NCBI GenBank assembly: GCA_965198235.1
Contig: OZ240248.1
Coordinates: 4,544,001 to 4,608,000, forward strand
Direction of reading: 5' to 3'
Origin: Candidatus Poribacteria bacterium
GTDB lineage: Bacteria > Poribacteria > WGA-4E > WGA-3G
Length of the DNA: 64,000 bases
Shown here: positions 17,786 to 29,886 of the stretch, one piece after another
Layout: each line of letters starts with the position of its first letter
How positions within the stretch are numbered: the stretch's first letter is position 1
Notes under the pieces: generated by a model
Told to the model about the DNA's origin: nothing
Database searches by the model: none
Seen by the model: only the letters and a program-made list of their open reading frames with translations
Translations under genes and position numbers: made by a program

Positions 17786-18589
17786 CTACAAATATGCATC
17801 CAATTCTGCCTCGGTCGGTGTCGGCGTAGAGATACCTTCTTCAGGGACTTCTACTTTCGCTGTCCACGCAATGGCGTTAAGAATGAATTTACGGAGATGG
17901 TCATCCCCCCAATTCCGATGGAGATGTCCGCCGGTAAACCCGAATCCACGTCCCCCATCTGGACGCTCTACACACCACGCCAGATGCTGTGGCTCACCGT
18001 TGGCTACCGATGCGCGCACATGCGGGTTTCCGCTATGCGGTCCGTCGGGTCTCTCAAGGGTCGAGGCAGGTGCAATTGCACTCAACACCGGTGTCACGCC
18101 CTGCATATTTTCACGAAACCGCATGTGATAATACCACTCATCCTCCAACGAAAACGGCTCTATCCCGCGTGTTATGGGGTGTTCAGGAAATCCGGTAAAC
18201 GTCGCCGTCCAGTATGGATTCACCGAAAGGTGGGTCTCAAAGTAGCCGCCGATCCAATCCAAGAAACAATCTCCCGGTTCACCCTTCGGAACTTCGATAG
18301 CATAGTGCAACATCGCAAGTCCGATACCTTGTGTTATTAGTCCAGAGATCTGTTCAAGGTGTGGAATGCTAAGATGCCGCGCGCCACCGTCCGAGTAAAC
18401 AATAATGGCATCTGTATCGGTGAAAGTTGTCGGATTTTCGGGCCACCCTTGAGTAACCACGACTTCCACACCGTCCATAGTCTTATTCAACTGTTCCGCG
18501 AGATAGGCACATCCAGCGGGATGTTCATGCGAACCACCGCCATGACTTGCACTTCCGGCTACCATAACAATTCGAGATGTCTTTGCCAT
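17786..18589 (-). CDS. ThuA-like (class I GATase-like fold) protein
   Basis: SHG.G.HEH.AG, HPITRG, DEWYY, ERPDGGRGFGFTGGH.H.NW. Confidence 0.85.
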   Translation of the reverse strand: MAKTSRIVMVAGSASHGGGSHEHPAGCAYLAEQLNKTMDGVEVVVTQGWPENPTTFTDTDAIIVYSDGGARHLSIPHLEQISGLITQGIGLAMLHYAIEVPKGEPGDCFLDWIGGYFETHLSVNPYWTATFTGFPEHPITRGIEPFSLEDEWYYHMRFRENMQGVTPVLSAIAPASTLERPDGPHSGNPHVRASVANGEPQHLAWCVERPDGGRGFGFTGGHLHRNWGDDHLRKFILNAIAWTAKVEVPEEGISTPTPTEAELDAYL

Positions 18590-18675
18590 ATTTCTAACGC
18601 CTTCCTTTGCAATATCTATCAGTTTAGCACATCCTATGACTTTCTGCCAACCCCCAACGAGTGTCTACCAAATTG

Positions 18676-18860
18676 TCACCATTCTCTACTTACGCCATAA
18701 GCATCAAAAGCACTATCTACACCGATTATTGGAATTTTTTCATCAAGGGCTTGAGCGATGATCAAGCGATCAAACGGATCCCGGTGATGGAAAGGTAACG
18801 TAGTCAACTGTATGAGGTAATAAACCAAAGCAGGGTATGTGTATCCAGCAGGTATCTCAC
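18676..18860 (-). pseudogene. Truncated VapC/PIN-domain toxin
   Basis: C-terminal LPFHHRDPFDRLIIAQA...D.AFDAYGV..W is PIN-like; N-terminal LLDT catalytic strand missing. Confidence 0.75.
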
Positions 18861-19534
18861 CACATATACTCCCTAAATTCCGGGAGTTCAGCGTCAAAAT
18901 CGTCAGCGATCTTGATAAGTCCTTTGAGGGTTCCTGCTTGACGCGGTGGTTGCAACGTCTTTAGGCCCTCCCCATAAAACAACTCGTGGTACTTCACATA
19001 CATCTTATCTAGCAATTTAAAGCAGTCCTTGAATTCCTTGAACATTGGCGCAGTTTTCACTTCGTGCTTTTCCAAATAGGCAAGTCGTTCATCAGCAAAC
19101 GCTTCGCACGCTTCTAACGCCGATGTCAGTTGTGCTATATCTTCGGTGATCATTTGTGGACAAATATGCGCGTCCATAACGTCCGTGCATGAAGCAGCGT
19201 TCGTTACATTATTCAGATCTGAACGGACAGAATCAAAGTAGGTGCGGGATAACTCTTGGGGATTTTCAGCAATCTCATGGAGCAATCCTACAAAGGAAAT
19301 AGACTTTTTATAAGGTTTAATTTGCCGATAAAGCCTCGCAAGCGCATGATTCAGATACGAGCGCTCAAGATATCCATAGTGGAAGTCTTGGGTACGTTGA
19401 TGTCCATGAATGATAATTCGGATCTCCCAGAATACTCTGGCATCCTGAAGCAGGAGCCGAATCTCTGGTTCAATAGCCTCCATCCATTCACGCCACTTCT
19501 GAAGCTTCGGACTCGTTAATTTTTTTTCACTCAT
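18857..19534 (-). CDS. AbiU2/HEPN-like helical protein with DUF2281/VapB-like antitoxin tail
   Basis: SISF..LL.EI...P..LSR core; tail PRQAGTLKGLIKIADDFDAELPEFREYM typical of antitoxins paired with PIN toxins; similarity by eye. Confidence 0.55.
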   Translation of the reverse strand: MSEKKLTSPKLQKWREWMEAIEPEIRLLLQDARVFWEIRIIIHGHQRTQDFHYGYLERSYLNHALARLYRQIKPYKKSISFVGLLHEIAENPQELSRTYFDSVRSDLNNVTNAASCTDVMDAHICPQMITEDIAQLTSALEACEAFADERLAYLEKHEVKTAPMFKEFKDCFKLLDKMYVKYHELFYGEGLKTLQPPRQAGTLKGLIKIADDFDAELPEFREYMW

Positions 19535-19736
19535 AAGTCAATTCTCCTCAAACGAAAGTGCACGGTTGTAGCGAAGAACTTACCAAATTTGAGTACTGCG
19601 GGCTAAAACATGCCTTCACCATTCTGCTAAGATTATACACGTTCTCGTAGTGGATGTCAATTTTTTAATACTTGACAATCCCAGAAAGAAGCCTTAAAAT
19701 ACTCCCAAACTCAATATGAAATAAAGGAGCACTGCA

Positions 19737-20594
19737 ATGGAGAAATTTCCGATCGTTGATACGCACGTTCACCTATGGCACCCGGAACAGTTGAGATACC
19801 CCTGGCTGACGGAAGTCCTAGTCCTAAACAGACCTTATCTCCTAAAAGATTACAACGACGCGTCCAGCGAATTGGACATCGAATCCATCGTCTTTGTCCA
19901 GTGCGATACACACCCCGATGACGGTTTGAAAGAAACAGCGTGGGTTACCGATCTCGCAACGACAGTAGAGCCACGGATTCAGGGCATTGTTGCATGGGCA
20001 CCGCTCGAAGAGGGAGAACAGGTGGCACCTTTCGTTGAAAAATTGGCAGAGAACCCACTCGTCAAAGGTATACGCCGCCTCATCCAATCCGAAAACGTTG
20101 ACTTTTGCATCCAACCCGACTTTGTGAGCGGTGTTAAAACACTCTCCCGCTACGGATTGAGCTTCGATATCTGTATCTTCCACCCACAACTCGCCAATGC
20201 CATTCGGCTCGTGGAACAGTGTCCGCACGTCCAATTCATCTTAGACCACATCGGTAAACCCGACATCAAGAACCAACACTTTGATCCATGGAAACAGGAA
20301 ATCCAAACACTTGCGATGTTCCCGAATGTCCATTGTAAAATATCAGGTTTGGTAACGGAGGCTGATCTCAAAGCATGGACACCTGCCGATCTACAACCGT
20401 ATATTGAACACGTTATTACCTGTTTCGGCTTTGATCGCGTTATATACGGTAGCGATTGGCCCGTCTCCACACAAGCCTCAGATTATCTGCGATGGGTACA
20501 GACATTGAGAGAGGCTGTATCCGGCTGCTCATCCGAGGAGTTAGGTAACCTCTTCCGCAACAACGCCATTAGATTCTATAGACTTGCCGAATAA
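19737..20594 (+). CDS. Amidohydrolase_2 family (L-fuconolactonase-like)
   Basis: IVDTHVHLW, KGIRR, LDHIGKP, CKISGL, YGSDWPV. Confidence 0.9.
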   Translation: MEKFPIVDTHVHLWHPEQLRYPWLTEVLVLNRPYLLKDYNDASSELDIESIVFVQCDTHPDDGLKETAWVTDLATTVEPRIQGIVAWAPLEEGEQVAPFVEKLAENPLVKGIRRLIQSENVDFCIQPDFVSGVKTLSRYGLSFDICIFHPQLANAIRLVEQCPHVQFILDHIGKPDIKNQHFDPWKQEIQTLAMFPNVHCKISGLVTEADLKAWTPADLQPYIEHVITCFGFDRVIYGSDWPVSTQASDYLRWVQTLREAVSGCSSEELGNLFRNNAIRFYRLAE

Positions 20595-20598
20595 AAAG

Positions 20599-20633
20599 AG
20601 AAGGGAAGGATGCCTCGTACACCCTTCCCTTCT
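20599..20633. terminator. Probable bidirectional terminator
   Basis: agaagggaagg / ccttcccttct stem flanked by A-rich and T-rich runs between convergent genes. Confidence 0.65.
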
Positions 20634-20696
20634 TTCACTTTTCTATCCTCTCGTCATCTTTAGTAACGTGAGTCCGATTTAAGCATTTATTCGACT

Positions 20697-20722
20697 CGGA
20701 GCGGTTACAAACCGCTCCTACC
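20697..20722 (-). repeat. GTAG-type REP-like palindrome
   Basis: Minus strand ggtaggagcggtttgtaaccgctccg. Confidence 0.75.
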
Positions 20723-20747
20723 GGATTTGGGAACTCGCCTGACTTTC

Positions 20748-22931
20748 TTAACCTCCGGCTTTAACCTCTCGCCGACGCGGATGCAGCACAAACTCGGTAT
20801 ACCCGTTTGGTAACTCACACCCTTTAAAAACCAAGTCCAAAGCCGCTTGGAATGCGACGCTCTGATCGTAGTTCGGCGACATATCCCGATAATTCGGGTC
20901 ACCGGCGTTCTGTTCGTCAACGATCTTCGCCATCCGTTGGAACGTCTCCGTCACTTGCTCCCTTGTGACGATCCCGTGGCGCAACCAATTTGCGATATGT
21001 TGACTCGAAATCCGCAGTGTCGCTCGATCCTCCATCAACCCGACGTTGTTAATATCCGGTATCTTCGAGCAGCCAATTCCTTGGTCAACCCATCGGACGA
21101 CGTATCCCAAGATACCTTGCGCGTTGTTGTCTAATTCGCGCTGAATCTCATCGGGTTGCAACTGGTGATCCTTCAACAGAGGTGGTGTTAGTAAATCCGC
21201 CAAACTCGCACGCTGTCTCGCCGACAATTCCTTTATCCGGTTTGCAACGTCAACCCGGTGGTAATGCATCGCATGAAGCGTTGCGGCTGTCGGCGATGGC
21301 ACCCACGCCGTTGTCGCACCCGCCAACGGGTGATTCACCTTCGTTTCAATCATCTCTGCCATCTGGTCAGGTTTCGTCCACATCCCCTTCCCAATTTGTG
21401 CAGTGCCGAGCAACACGGTTTCAATCCCTATATCAACGTTCCAATCCTCATAAGCGAGCATCCAGGGTTCGTTGCGGATGTCCATTTTGGGAATCATGGC
21501 TCCCGCTTCCATACTCGTATGGATTTCATCGCCGGTCCTATCCAAAAACCCGGTGTTAATAAAGACGAGACGCTCCTGTGCCACCCGAATCGCCTCTTTG
21601 AGATTGACGGTCGTCCGCCGTTCCTCATCCATAATCCCGATTTTAATAGCATTGGTCGGAAGCCCAAGTGCAGACTCTATCCATTCAAACAGCCGAATCG
21701 TCATCTCCACTTCTTCGGGTCCGTGGAACTTCGGCTTGACGATGTAAATACTACCTGTTTTGCTATTGGTGCGGGGACCCTTGCCCTGCAGGTCATGCAT
21801 TGCGGCGAAACTCGTTATCATGGCATCGAGAATGCCTTCCGGGATCTCCTCACCTTCTGCTGTCGTGACGGCATCCGTGTACATGTGGAGTCCAACGTTC
21901 CGAATCAGGAGCAGGCTCCTGCCCGGTAACGTCAACGTCCCTCCATCGGGTGCGGTAAACGTCTTATCGGGTGCAAGGCGACGGGTAAGCATTTCGCCGT
22001 TTTTCTCGAACGTTGTCTCCAATGTTCCCTTCATGATACCGTTCCAATTGCTATAGACGCGCACCTTGTCTGCCGCATCCACTGCCGCGACGGAATCCTC
22101 GCAATCTTGAATCGTCGTGATTGCCGACTCAAGGATAACATCGACAACACCGGCAGGATGTGCCTTTCCAACGGGGTGTTCTCGGTCTATCTGTATTTCA
22201 ATGTGTAACCCGTGGTTTCGGAGCAGAATAGCACTCAGTCCACCATTGCTCTGCGTAAAACCTACAAATTTGGTCGGATCGGCTAAACCGACTTCGCTAC
22301 CATCACTGAGTGTTGCGCGTAACTGCTGCTCGCCATGAACGGTTATGAGGGAAAATCCCGTAACGTCAGAGAAACTTCCAGTTTCAAGTCCGGTCATTTC
22401 ATCTAAAAACTTTTCAGTGTCCGCGATGACTTTCGCACCTCGGATCGGGTTATAGGCAGTCCCTCGTGTAGCCCCATCCGATTCGTCGATGACATCGGTG
22501 CCGTAGAGTGCATCGTAGAGGCTTCCCCAACGAGCGTTCGCTGCGTTTAGGGCATAGCGGGCGTTATCGGTCGGGACAACCAATTGTGGACCTGAGATGA
22601 GCGAAATCTCTGTGTCAACGTCTTCAGTAATCACAGTAAAATCTCGTCCTTCGGGGAGCAGATAGCCTATATCCGTCAGAAATGCCGAATACGCCTCACC
22701 GTCCAACGGTTCATCTTTGCGTGCCAGATGCCACGCGTCAATCTGCTGTTGGAGCGTATCCCGTTTCTCCAAGAGTGCCTTGTTTTCTGGTGCGAACGCC
22801 GCAACGATGTCACCGAACGCTTTCCAGAAGGCATCTGCCTCTACCCCCGTGCCGGGAGCGATCTCATCTCTTACTAATGCGTACAAATCTTCATCTATCC
22901 TGAGATTACCGATTTCAATCCGGTTTCCCAT
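20748..22931 (-). CDS. glcB: Malate synthase G
   Basis: [62 protein letters not shown]; start at MGNRIE. Confidence 0.97.
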   Translation of the reverse strand: MGNRIEIGNLRIDEDLYALVRDEIAPGTGVEADAFWKAFGDIVAAFAPENKALLEKRDTLQQQIDAWHLARKDEPLDGEAYSAFLTDIGYLLPEGRDFTVITEDVDTEISLISGPQLVVPTDNARYALNAANARWGSLYDALYGTDVIDESDGATRGTAYNPIRGAKVIADTEKFLDEMTGLETGSFSDVTGFSLITVHGEQQLRATLSDGSEVGLADPTKFVGFTQSNGGLSAILLRNHGLHIEIQIDREHPVGKAHPAGVVDVILESAITTIQDCEDSVAAVDAADKVRVYSNWNGIMKGTLETTFEKNGEMLTRRLAPDKTFTAPDGGTLTLPGRSLLLIRNVGLHMYTDAVTTAEGEEIPEGILDAMITSFAAMHDLQGKGPRTNSKTGSIYIVKPKFHGPEEVEMTIRLFEWIESALGLPTNAIKIGIMDEERRTTVNLKEAIRVAQERLVFINTGFLDRTGDEIHTSMEAGAMIPKMDIRNEPWMLAYEDWNVDIGIETVLLGTAQIGKGMWTKPDQMAEMIETKVNHPLAGATTAWVPSPTAATLHAMHYHRVDVANRIKELSARQRASLADLLTPPLLKDHQLQPDEIQRELDNNAQGILGYVVRWVDQGIGCSKIPDINNVGLMEDRATLRISSQHIANWLRHGIVTREQVTETFQRMAKIVDEQNAGDPNYRDMSPNYDQSVAFQAALDLVFKGCELPNGYTEFVLHPRRREVKAGG

Positions 22932-23082
22932 ACTCTTTTCTCCATTCCAAGGTGCTGTTAAGGTGTTGGATATCCGTTTGCCGATGCTTCGTTGCACCGG
23001 CAAACAATTCCGCCTGAATTGTCAAATATCATAACAATATATCTGTAGTCTGTCAATTGTTTTTTTTATAAATTATGGCTTT

Positions 23083-23871
23083 TTAGTTTTTGGTTATCTT
23101 CTTGATGGGGGATTTTCGCCGATCCTTCCGCCGCAATTTAAACACATCGCTTGTCTGTTCAATGTGTTTAACACGATCCAGGAAGTGCAAGCGCATGGGG
23201 GCCGCAGATTTATAATGCGGGTTATCCACAAAAACATCTGGTTCGCCTAACAATTCGCTGATGAGACCTTTTGTCCAACCACGTTCAGAGATGAGCCGTG
23301 CCTGGGTGATTTTTTCTTTCTCACGCACTGCCTTGCCTGCTGCAGCTTTCTGCTGCTTTTCGGTTTGCCACAACATTTTGAAATCGTCTGAACGTTCGAC
23401 TTTGCGAACATCGGATTTTAGATAAATTGGATAGGTTAAGCACCCTCCTAAAAAGGGCATAGAGAAAGACTCACACGACAAGAATCTATCTACGCGTTCG
23501 GGTGTCCAATGTCCACGCCTCGACAATTCTTCGTGCGAAAAGTGGGTGTCGGGATGTTCTTCTATTTCTATATTCCAAATCTCGCAAAATCTTCTTCGCA
23601 TTGAGACCTTGTGGAAATTCTCAAGCATCAATTTTTTTTCTGCTTTCTCAATATCATTGTAACGAAATAGCCGAACCGTATTTAAATCCTTTACTGTAAT
23701 CACAGTAACATCACCTACCGTTCTCCTTAATTTTCTTCTTTCGACTTCAAAATCAAGGAGTCGTGATTCAGAGAGAATCGTGCCACGTTTTCCGAGTTGG
23801 GATTTGGTGATGTATCCATCTTTTCTGATCGTAAAATTACGCGCGGGTCTCCGATGTTTTTGCTGTTTCAT
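23083..23871 (-). CDS. Basic hypothetical protein with about three degenerate repeats (XPA-C-like putative DNA-binding units)
   Basis: ITKSQL.KRG / HEELSRRGHWT / ITQARLISERGWTKGLI..LLGEPD...NPHY...PMRL; Lys/Arg rich. Confidence 0.6.
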   Translation of the reverse strand: MKQQKHRRPARNFTIRKDGYITKSQLGKRGTILSESRLLDFEVERRKLRRTVGDVTVITVKDLNTVRLFRYNDIEKAEKKLMLENFHKVSMRRRFCEIWNIEIEEHPDTHFSHEELSRRGHWTPERVDRFLSCESFSMPFLGGCLTYPIYLKSDVRKVERSDDFKMLWQTEKQQKAAAGKAVREKEKITQARLISERGWTKGLISELLGEPDVFVDNPHYKSAAPMRLHFLDRVKHIEQTSDVFKLRRKDRRKSPIKKITKN

Positions 23872-23993
23872 GCTGAATACCTCCGGGCAGTTTTGTGTCG
23901 TGCTCAGGACGGTTTCAATATCAGATTATACGACACTTTTAGGCAATTGCCAACTCCTTTTTGACCGAAGCACCCACACCCTTCTCATGCGAC

Positions 23994-24022
23994 TTGCAAA
24001 AATATAGAACTTGTGTTAAGAT
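23994..24022 (+). promoter_or_regulatory. Sigma70-type promoter for thiC
   Basis: TTGCAA-17 nt-TAAGAT with a TG just upstream of the -10. Confidence 0.6.
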
Positions 24023-24144
24023 GTTAAGCGGAGTAGAGACTTCATCTTTCTCACTGAAGCGAAACACAATACGGACGGTGTGAAAAGCCGCGCCGCAGAA
24101 TGACTGCAACAGATGCGCAGACAATTAACATAAATGCAAACTGA

Positions 24145-26115
<1,971 letters not shown>

Positions 26116-26190
26116 CACCGCGAGCCATTCCCAATCAGCGAATTTACACAATTTTGCGTAATTCTTGTCGTATGAATAAGGAACAACATA

Positions 26191-26931
26191 ATGAAAGCGT
26201 TAAGTATTGGATTGGGTATACTTCTCTTCACCTCCTCTGTTTGGGCTGGTACATTTGTGGAAACTTTTGATGAGGATGTTTTAGCGGATTGGCAGGCACT
26301 TAACGCGCATGATGCTGCACTCGGTTCGTGGGAAGTCGTTGATGGTGAACTTGAGATGATAAACCCTGGAGGGGGTATCCGTTTACTTACGACGGGTGAT
26401 GAAACATGGCAAGATTACAGTATCGAGGTTAATGTCAAACCTCTTGAAAAACGCGGCCCCGGAAATATCAGTATTGTCGCACGAGTTGAAGGAAGCCGGG
26501 TAGTTTGGTGTACGATTAGTGATCTTTTCTTAAACGATCCTGAATCAAAAGCGATGTGTAGCAGTCGTGACTTTGCTGGAAACATAGGTCAATTGCTGTC
26601 TATGAAAGCTCATCGGCTTTTAAAATTGAATAAATGGTCTAAACTCAAGTTGAGCGTTAGAGGAGATCACTTCATTTTTTTGATAAATGGAAAGAAAATT
26701 ATGGAAACAGGAGATCCTTTTATCCTTCTACATGATGGTGAAGAACTCATGATAAAAACAAAAGACCTCGCGTCCCACCCGACAGGCGGTGCCGGTTTCG
26801 GTCTCGCGAATTATACAGCGAGATTCGATAATATCACCATCACCGGTGAGAGTATCCCAAACAAGGGTGGATTATCGGTATCACCTCAATCAAAACTCGC
26901 AACGACTTGGGGACAGTTGAAGCAGTTTTAG
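26191..26931 (+). CDS. Secreted ConA-like/DUF1080-type protein with KLATTWGQLK tail
   Basis: Signal peptide; GDETWQDYSIEV..., ARFDNITITG; C-terminal SVSPQSKLATTWGQLK. Confidence 0.75.
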   Translation: MKALSIGLGILLFTSSVWAGTFVETFDEDVLADWQALNAHDAALGSWEVVDGELEMINPGGGIRLLTTGDETWQDYSIEVNVKPLEKRGPGNISIVARVEGSRVVWCTISDLFLNDPESKAMCSSRDFAGNIGQLLSMKAHRLLKLNKWSKLKLSVRGDHFIFLINGKKIMETGDPFILLHDGEELMIKTKDLASHPTGGAGFGLANYTARFDNITITGESIPNKGGLSVSPQSKLATTWGQLKQF

Positions 26932-26934
26932 ACA

Positions 26935-27158
26935 TTAGCATTCACGGGCGGGGAGGCGTTTCTGCCTCAGGAATCGATTAAGTTGATCATGATTCCATTT
27001 CGGGGTATGTGCTGCGAAGTACGTCTGCGTGAGGTCATGGAAATTTGCTAACAGAAATTGGCAATAATCCACTAATAACGGTTGCTTCCTTTCAGAAGGG
27101 GTTAAGGTTTTCATAATGTCAGAGTATGACACAATTTTAAATTATTGTGTAAGTCCTA
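26935..27158 (-). mobile_element. IS701-family transposase 5' remnant with one terminal repeat
   Basis: ORF 27114-26935 DYCQFLL....TQTYFAAH..KWNHDQLNRFLR resembles the IS701 N-terminus; end TAGGACTTACACA at 27158-27146. Confidence 0.65.
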
Positions 27159-27224
27159 AATTTAAAGGGATAATGTGGGGTGTCCATTGTCTGAATCCGG
27201 ATTTACAGGATTATGTAGCCGGAA

Positions 27225-27251
27225 GTCGGGATTCGGAGATACCTCCTACAA
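27225..27251 (-). repeat. GTAG-type REP-like element
   Basis: Minus strand ttgtaggaggtatctccgaatcccgac; shares the ttGTAGGAGG head with the 449-500 copies. Confidence 0.6.
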
Positions 27252-27356
27252 GGCGAATCTACGTTAAGACCGCACAAATCCTTAAGCACGCTCGAATTAA
27301 TCCAAAACCTGCCTGAAACGAAGTGGAAGGCAGTCCAGGAGCTCATAGTTAAAAAA

Positions 27357-28436
27357 ATGAAAATCGGAATTATTGGTTGTGGCACAATCAGCGGTGCCTA
27401 TTTTGAAGGGGCGCGAAAAACCGACATCTTAGAAATCAAAGCCTGTACTGACCTCCGAATGGAAGCCGCACAGGCGCAAGCCGAGAAATACAACTGCCAC
27501 GCAGTCACCGTCGACGAATTGCTCGCAGATCCAGAGATAGAACTCGTCGTAAATCTTACCATCCCGCGGGCACACGTGGATGTTGGCTTGCAAGTTTTGG
27601 ATGCGGATAAACACGTCTACAGCGAAAAACCGCTCGGTGTAGACATCGAAAGCGGAAAGCAGCTTATTGACACCGCCGCTGAAAAAGGACTCCGTGTCGG
27701 ATCGGCACCCGATACCTTCCTCGGTGCAGGAATCCAGACCTCGCGGCAGACGTTAGATGCAGGGAAAATCGGGAGACCCATTGCGGGGAGTGCGTTTATG
27801 TGTGGGCACGGACCTGAAAGCTGGCATCCGAATCCCGTCTTCTTTTATGACATCGGCGGCGGTCCAATGCTGGATATGGGACCTTACTACGTGACTGCGC
27901 TCGTCAATATTCTCGGTCCCGTCAAGCGCGTTGCCGCGATTACGACGAAGGCATTTGAGGAGCGAATCGCAACCGGTGACGCGTTGCAAGGTATCAGAAT
28001 CCCTGTCAAGACCACAACGCATCTCACAGGCACGATGGAGTTTGAGAATGGGACGATTGTCACGACAATCATGAGTTTTGATATGTGGCGACAGAGTTTG
28101 CCCTGCATCGAAATCTACGGCGAAACCGGTTCAATGCAGGTGCCTGACCCGAACGGATTTGGTGGTCCCGTAAATGTGTGTCCAGCAGGTGGTGATTGGG
28201 AAGAAGAGGAAATCGCTTTCCCGAACAACGCTCGAATGATCGGTGTCATTGACATGGTATCCGCAATCCGTTCAGGACGCACACACCGTGCAAACGGTGC
28301 GTTGGCATACCATGTGCTTGAGGTGATGCTCGCCTTCGACAAATCCTCTGAAACCGGCGAACACGTCGTTATCGAAAGCACGACGGAACGTCCTGATCCT
28401 GTTCCATTCGGTTTGCAGGAATGGGAAATTGACTAA
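27357..28436 (+). CDS. Gfo/Idh/MocA family oxidoreductase
   Basis: KIGIIGCGTIS, VNLT.P..H, KHVYSEKP, GGGPMLDMGPYY. Confidence 0.92.
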   Translation: MKIGIIGCGTISGAYFEGARKTDILEIKACTDLRMEAAQAQAEKYNCHAVTVDELLADPEIELVVNLTIPRAHVDVGLQVLDADKHVYSEKPLGVDIESGKQLIDTAAEKGLRVGSAPDTFLGAGIQTSRQTLDAGKIGRPIAGSAFMCGHGPESWHPNPVFFYDIGGGPMLDMGPYYVTALVNILGPVKRVAAITTKAFEERIATGDALQGIRIPVKTTTHLTGTMEFENGTIVTTIMSFDMWRQSLPCIEIYGETGSMQVPDPNGFGGPVNVCPAGGDWEEEEIAFPNNARMIGVIDMVSAIRSGRTHRANGALAYHVLEVMLAFDKSSETGEHVVIESTTERPDPVPFGLQEWEID

Positions 28437-28463
28437 ACTATATCGATCCGACTCTCCAACCCC

Positions 28464-28493
28464 GGTAGGTACGGTTTCCGAACCGCACCTACC
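28464..28493. repeat. GTAG-type palindrome (REP-like, possible terminator between convergent genes)
   Basis: ggtaggtacggtt tccg aaccgcacctacc. Confidence 0.7.
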
Positions 28494-28535
28494 ATTTTGG
28501 GGATGGGTTGTGTTAGGGCACACGGAGTGTGACTG

Positions 28536-29369
28536 CTACTTTGCCTTAAGCGCACCCCATGTCGTTGTCAATTTGCCTGCAACATCAACGATCAGAATAT
28601 CTTTGGCATTCATGACTGTTTTTACCTCTGCTGCTGTTAACGCGCGATCGTATACCGCCAATTCGTCAAGCAGACCTTTGTAGAGATTTGCGCCGCCGTT
28701 TGTGTCCGGACGACCGCCAATTTCAATGTTGTTGTCGTTCCAGACCATCACGGGACCGTTCTTTGGTACATCTTTCTCACCCTCAAGTTTTCCATCAAGG
28801 TAGATCTGGATCTTCTCTCCGTCAAAGGTACCGACGACGTGATACCAAGTCTTGGGTTTTAGACCTAAATTAGGCAGCGAAAGTGTGGTATCAACATCGG
28901 CACCGTTAAAAGGTCCCATCTTCTTCTGTCCGGAATTGATATACCAATACAATCCTTCACCGCTACCGAGCCCAAATTCAACGTTATCGTCACTTGTACC
29001 CGATTTGTCGTAAAAGATGTTTCCATAGACGTGTCCATCGCCGAGACCGACTTTTGATATTTCAAAAGGATGTATCCAAACAGCAACAGTCAGATGTTCC
29101 ACGTAAACTTCGCTCTGACCACCGGGATCGATTATCAGTGCGGGACCCTCCGAAAATTCGATTGCACTCCCCACCTTACCTTTGGCAACGAACTTCGCGC
29201 TATCGTGAAGTTCCGCTTCAAACCCTTTCGGACCGACATCCTTAGCAACCTTACCTTTTCCCTCATTAAACGGCATGTAAAAGTGTAAGCCTTTTGTCAC
29301 TTGAGCGGTTGCATCGAAAGTTAAAACACAAAATGCAAAAACCGCGAGCATCCAGAAGTATCTTCTCAT
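28536..29369 (-). CDS. Secreted LamG-like jellyroll protein with KLTTTWGALK tail
   Basis: Signal peptide from MRRYFW; WYHVVGTFDG..IYLDG, IGG, G.LDELAVYDRAL. Confidence 0.88.
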   Translation of the reverse strand: MRRYFWMLAVFAFCVLTFDATAQVTKGLHFYMPFNEGKGKVAKDVGPKGFEAELHDSAKFVAKGKVGSAIEFSEGPALIIDPGGQSEVYVEHLTVAVWIHPFEISKVGLGDGHVYGNIFYDKSGTSDDNVEFGLGSGEGLYWYINSGQKKMGPFNGADVDTTLSLPNLGLKPKTWYHVVGTFDGEKIQIYLDGKLEGEKDVPKNGPVMVWNDNNIEIGGRPDTNGGANLYKGLLDELAVYDRALTAAEVKTVMNAKDILIVDVAGKLTTTWGALKAK

Positions 29370-29579
29370 TTTGTCGACTCCTTTTCTATTTCTCATCGCC
29401 TGTTTCAAAATTAGCAAAATATCGTGATAAACGTTTGCTATTTTAATAGTTATGCCAGTCTTTATCAAGAAAAAACCGGCGCGTTCCAATCTCCCATGCA
29501 GATATGGAAGCCGAAAATCGAAAATTAAATTTTCACTCATCTGAAACCGATTTGCAAACCTAACGTTTTATACTTTATA

Positions 29580-29608
29580 CATGTATGCATGTTTGCATGT
29601 GCACATGT
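29580..29608 (+). promoter_or_regulatory. Array of four CATGT boxes at exact 8-bp spacing (putative RHH operator)
   Basis: CATGT at 29580, 29588, 29596 and 29604, immediately upstream of the GGAGG of the RHH gene. Confidence 0.6.
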
Positions 29609-29625
29609 ATGGAGGCATACATCAT

Positions 29626-29865
29626 ATGAAAACCGTAGCAATTCTGTCGGACGCGGGTGGAGTTGCCGTTGAAACAACACCAAAATCGACTGTAGCGGTC
29701 CCGCCATCCCGTCAGGGCAAAAAGATGATTTCTGGACATTTCGACAAGGACGTACATCGGCAGTTGAAGATGCTCGCGATTGAGAAGGATACGAGTATTC
29801 AAGACCTACTGAGCGAGGCACTGAATGCGCTATTTGAACGGAACAACAAGCCACCGATAGCGTAA
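29626..29865 (+). CDS. Ribbon-helix-helix protein (ParG/CopG-like)
   Basis: PPSRQGKKMISGHFDKDVHRQLKMLAIEKDTSIQDLLSEALNALF; SD GGAGG at 29611. Confidence 0.85.
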   Translation: MKTVAILSDAGGVAVETTPKSTVAVPPSRQGKKMISGHFDKDVHRQLKMLAIEKDTSIQDLLSEALNALFERNNKPPIA

Positions 29866-29886
29866 GGCAAATTTCGGGAGGATACC

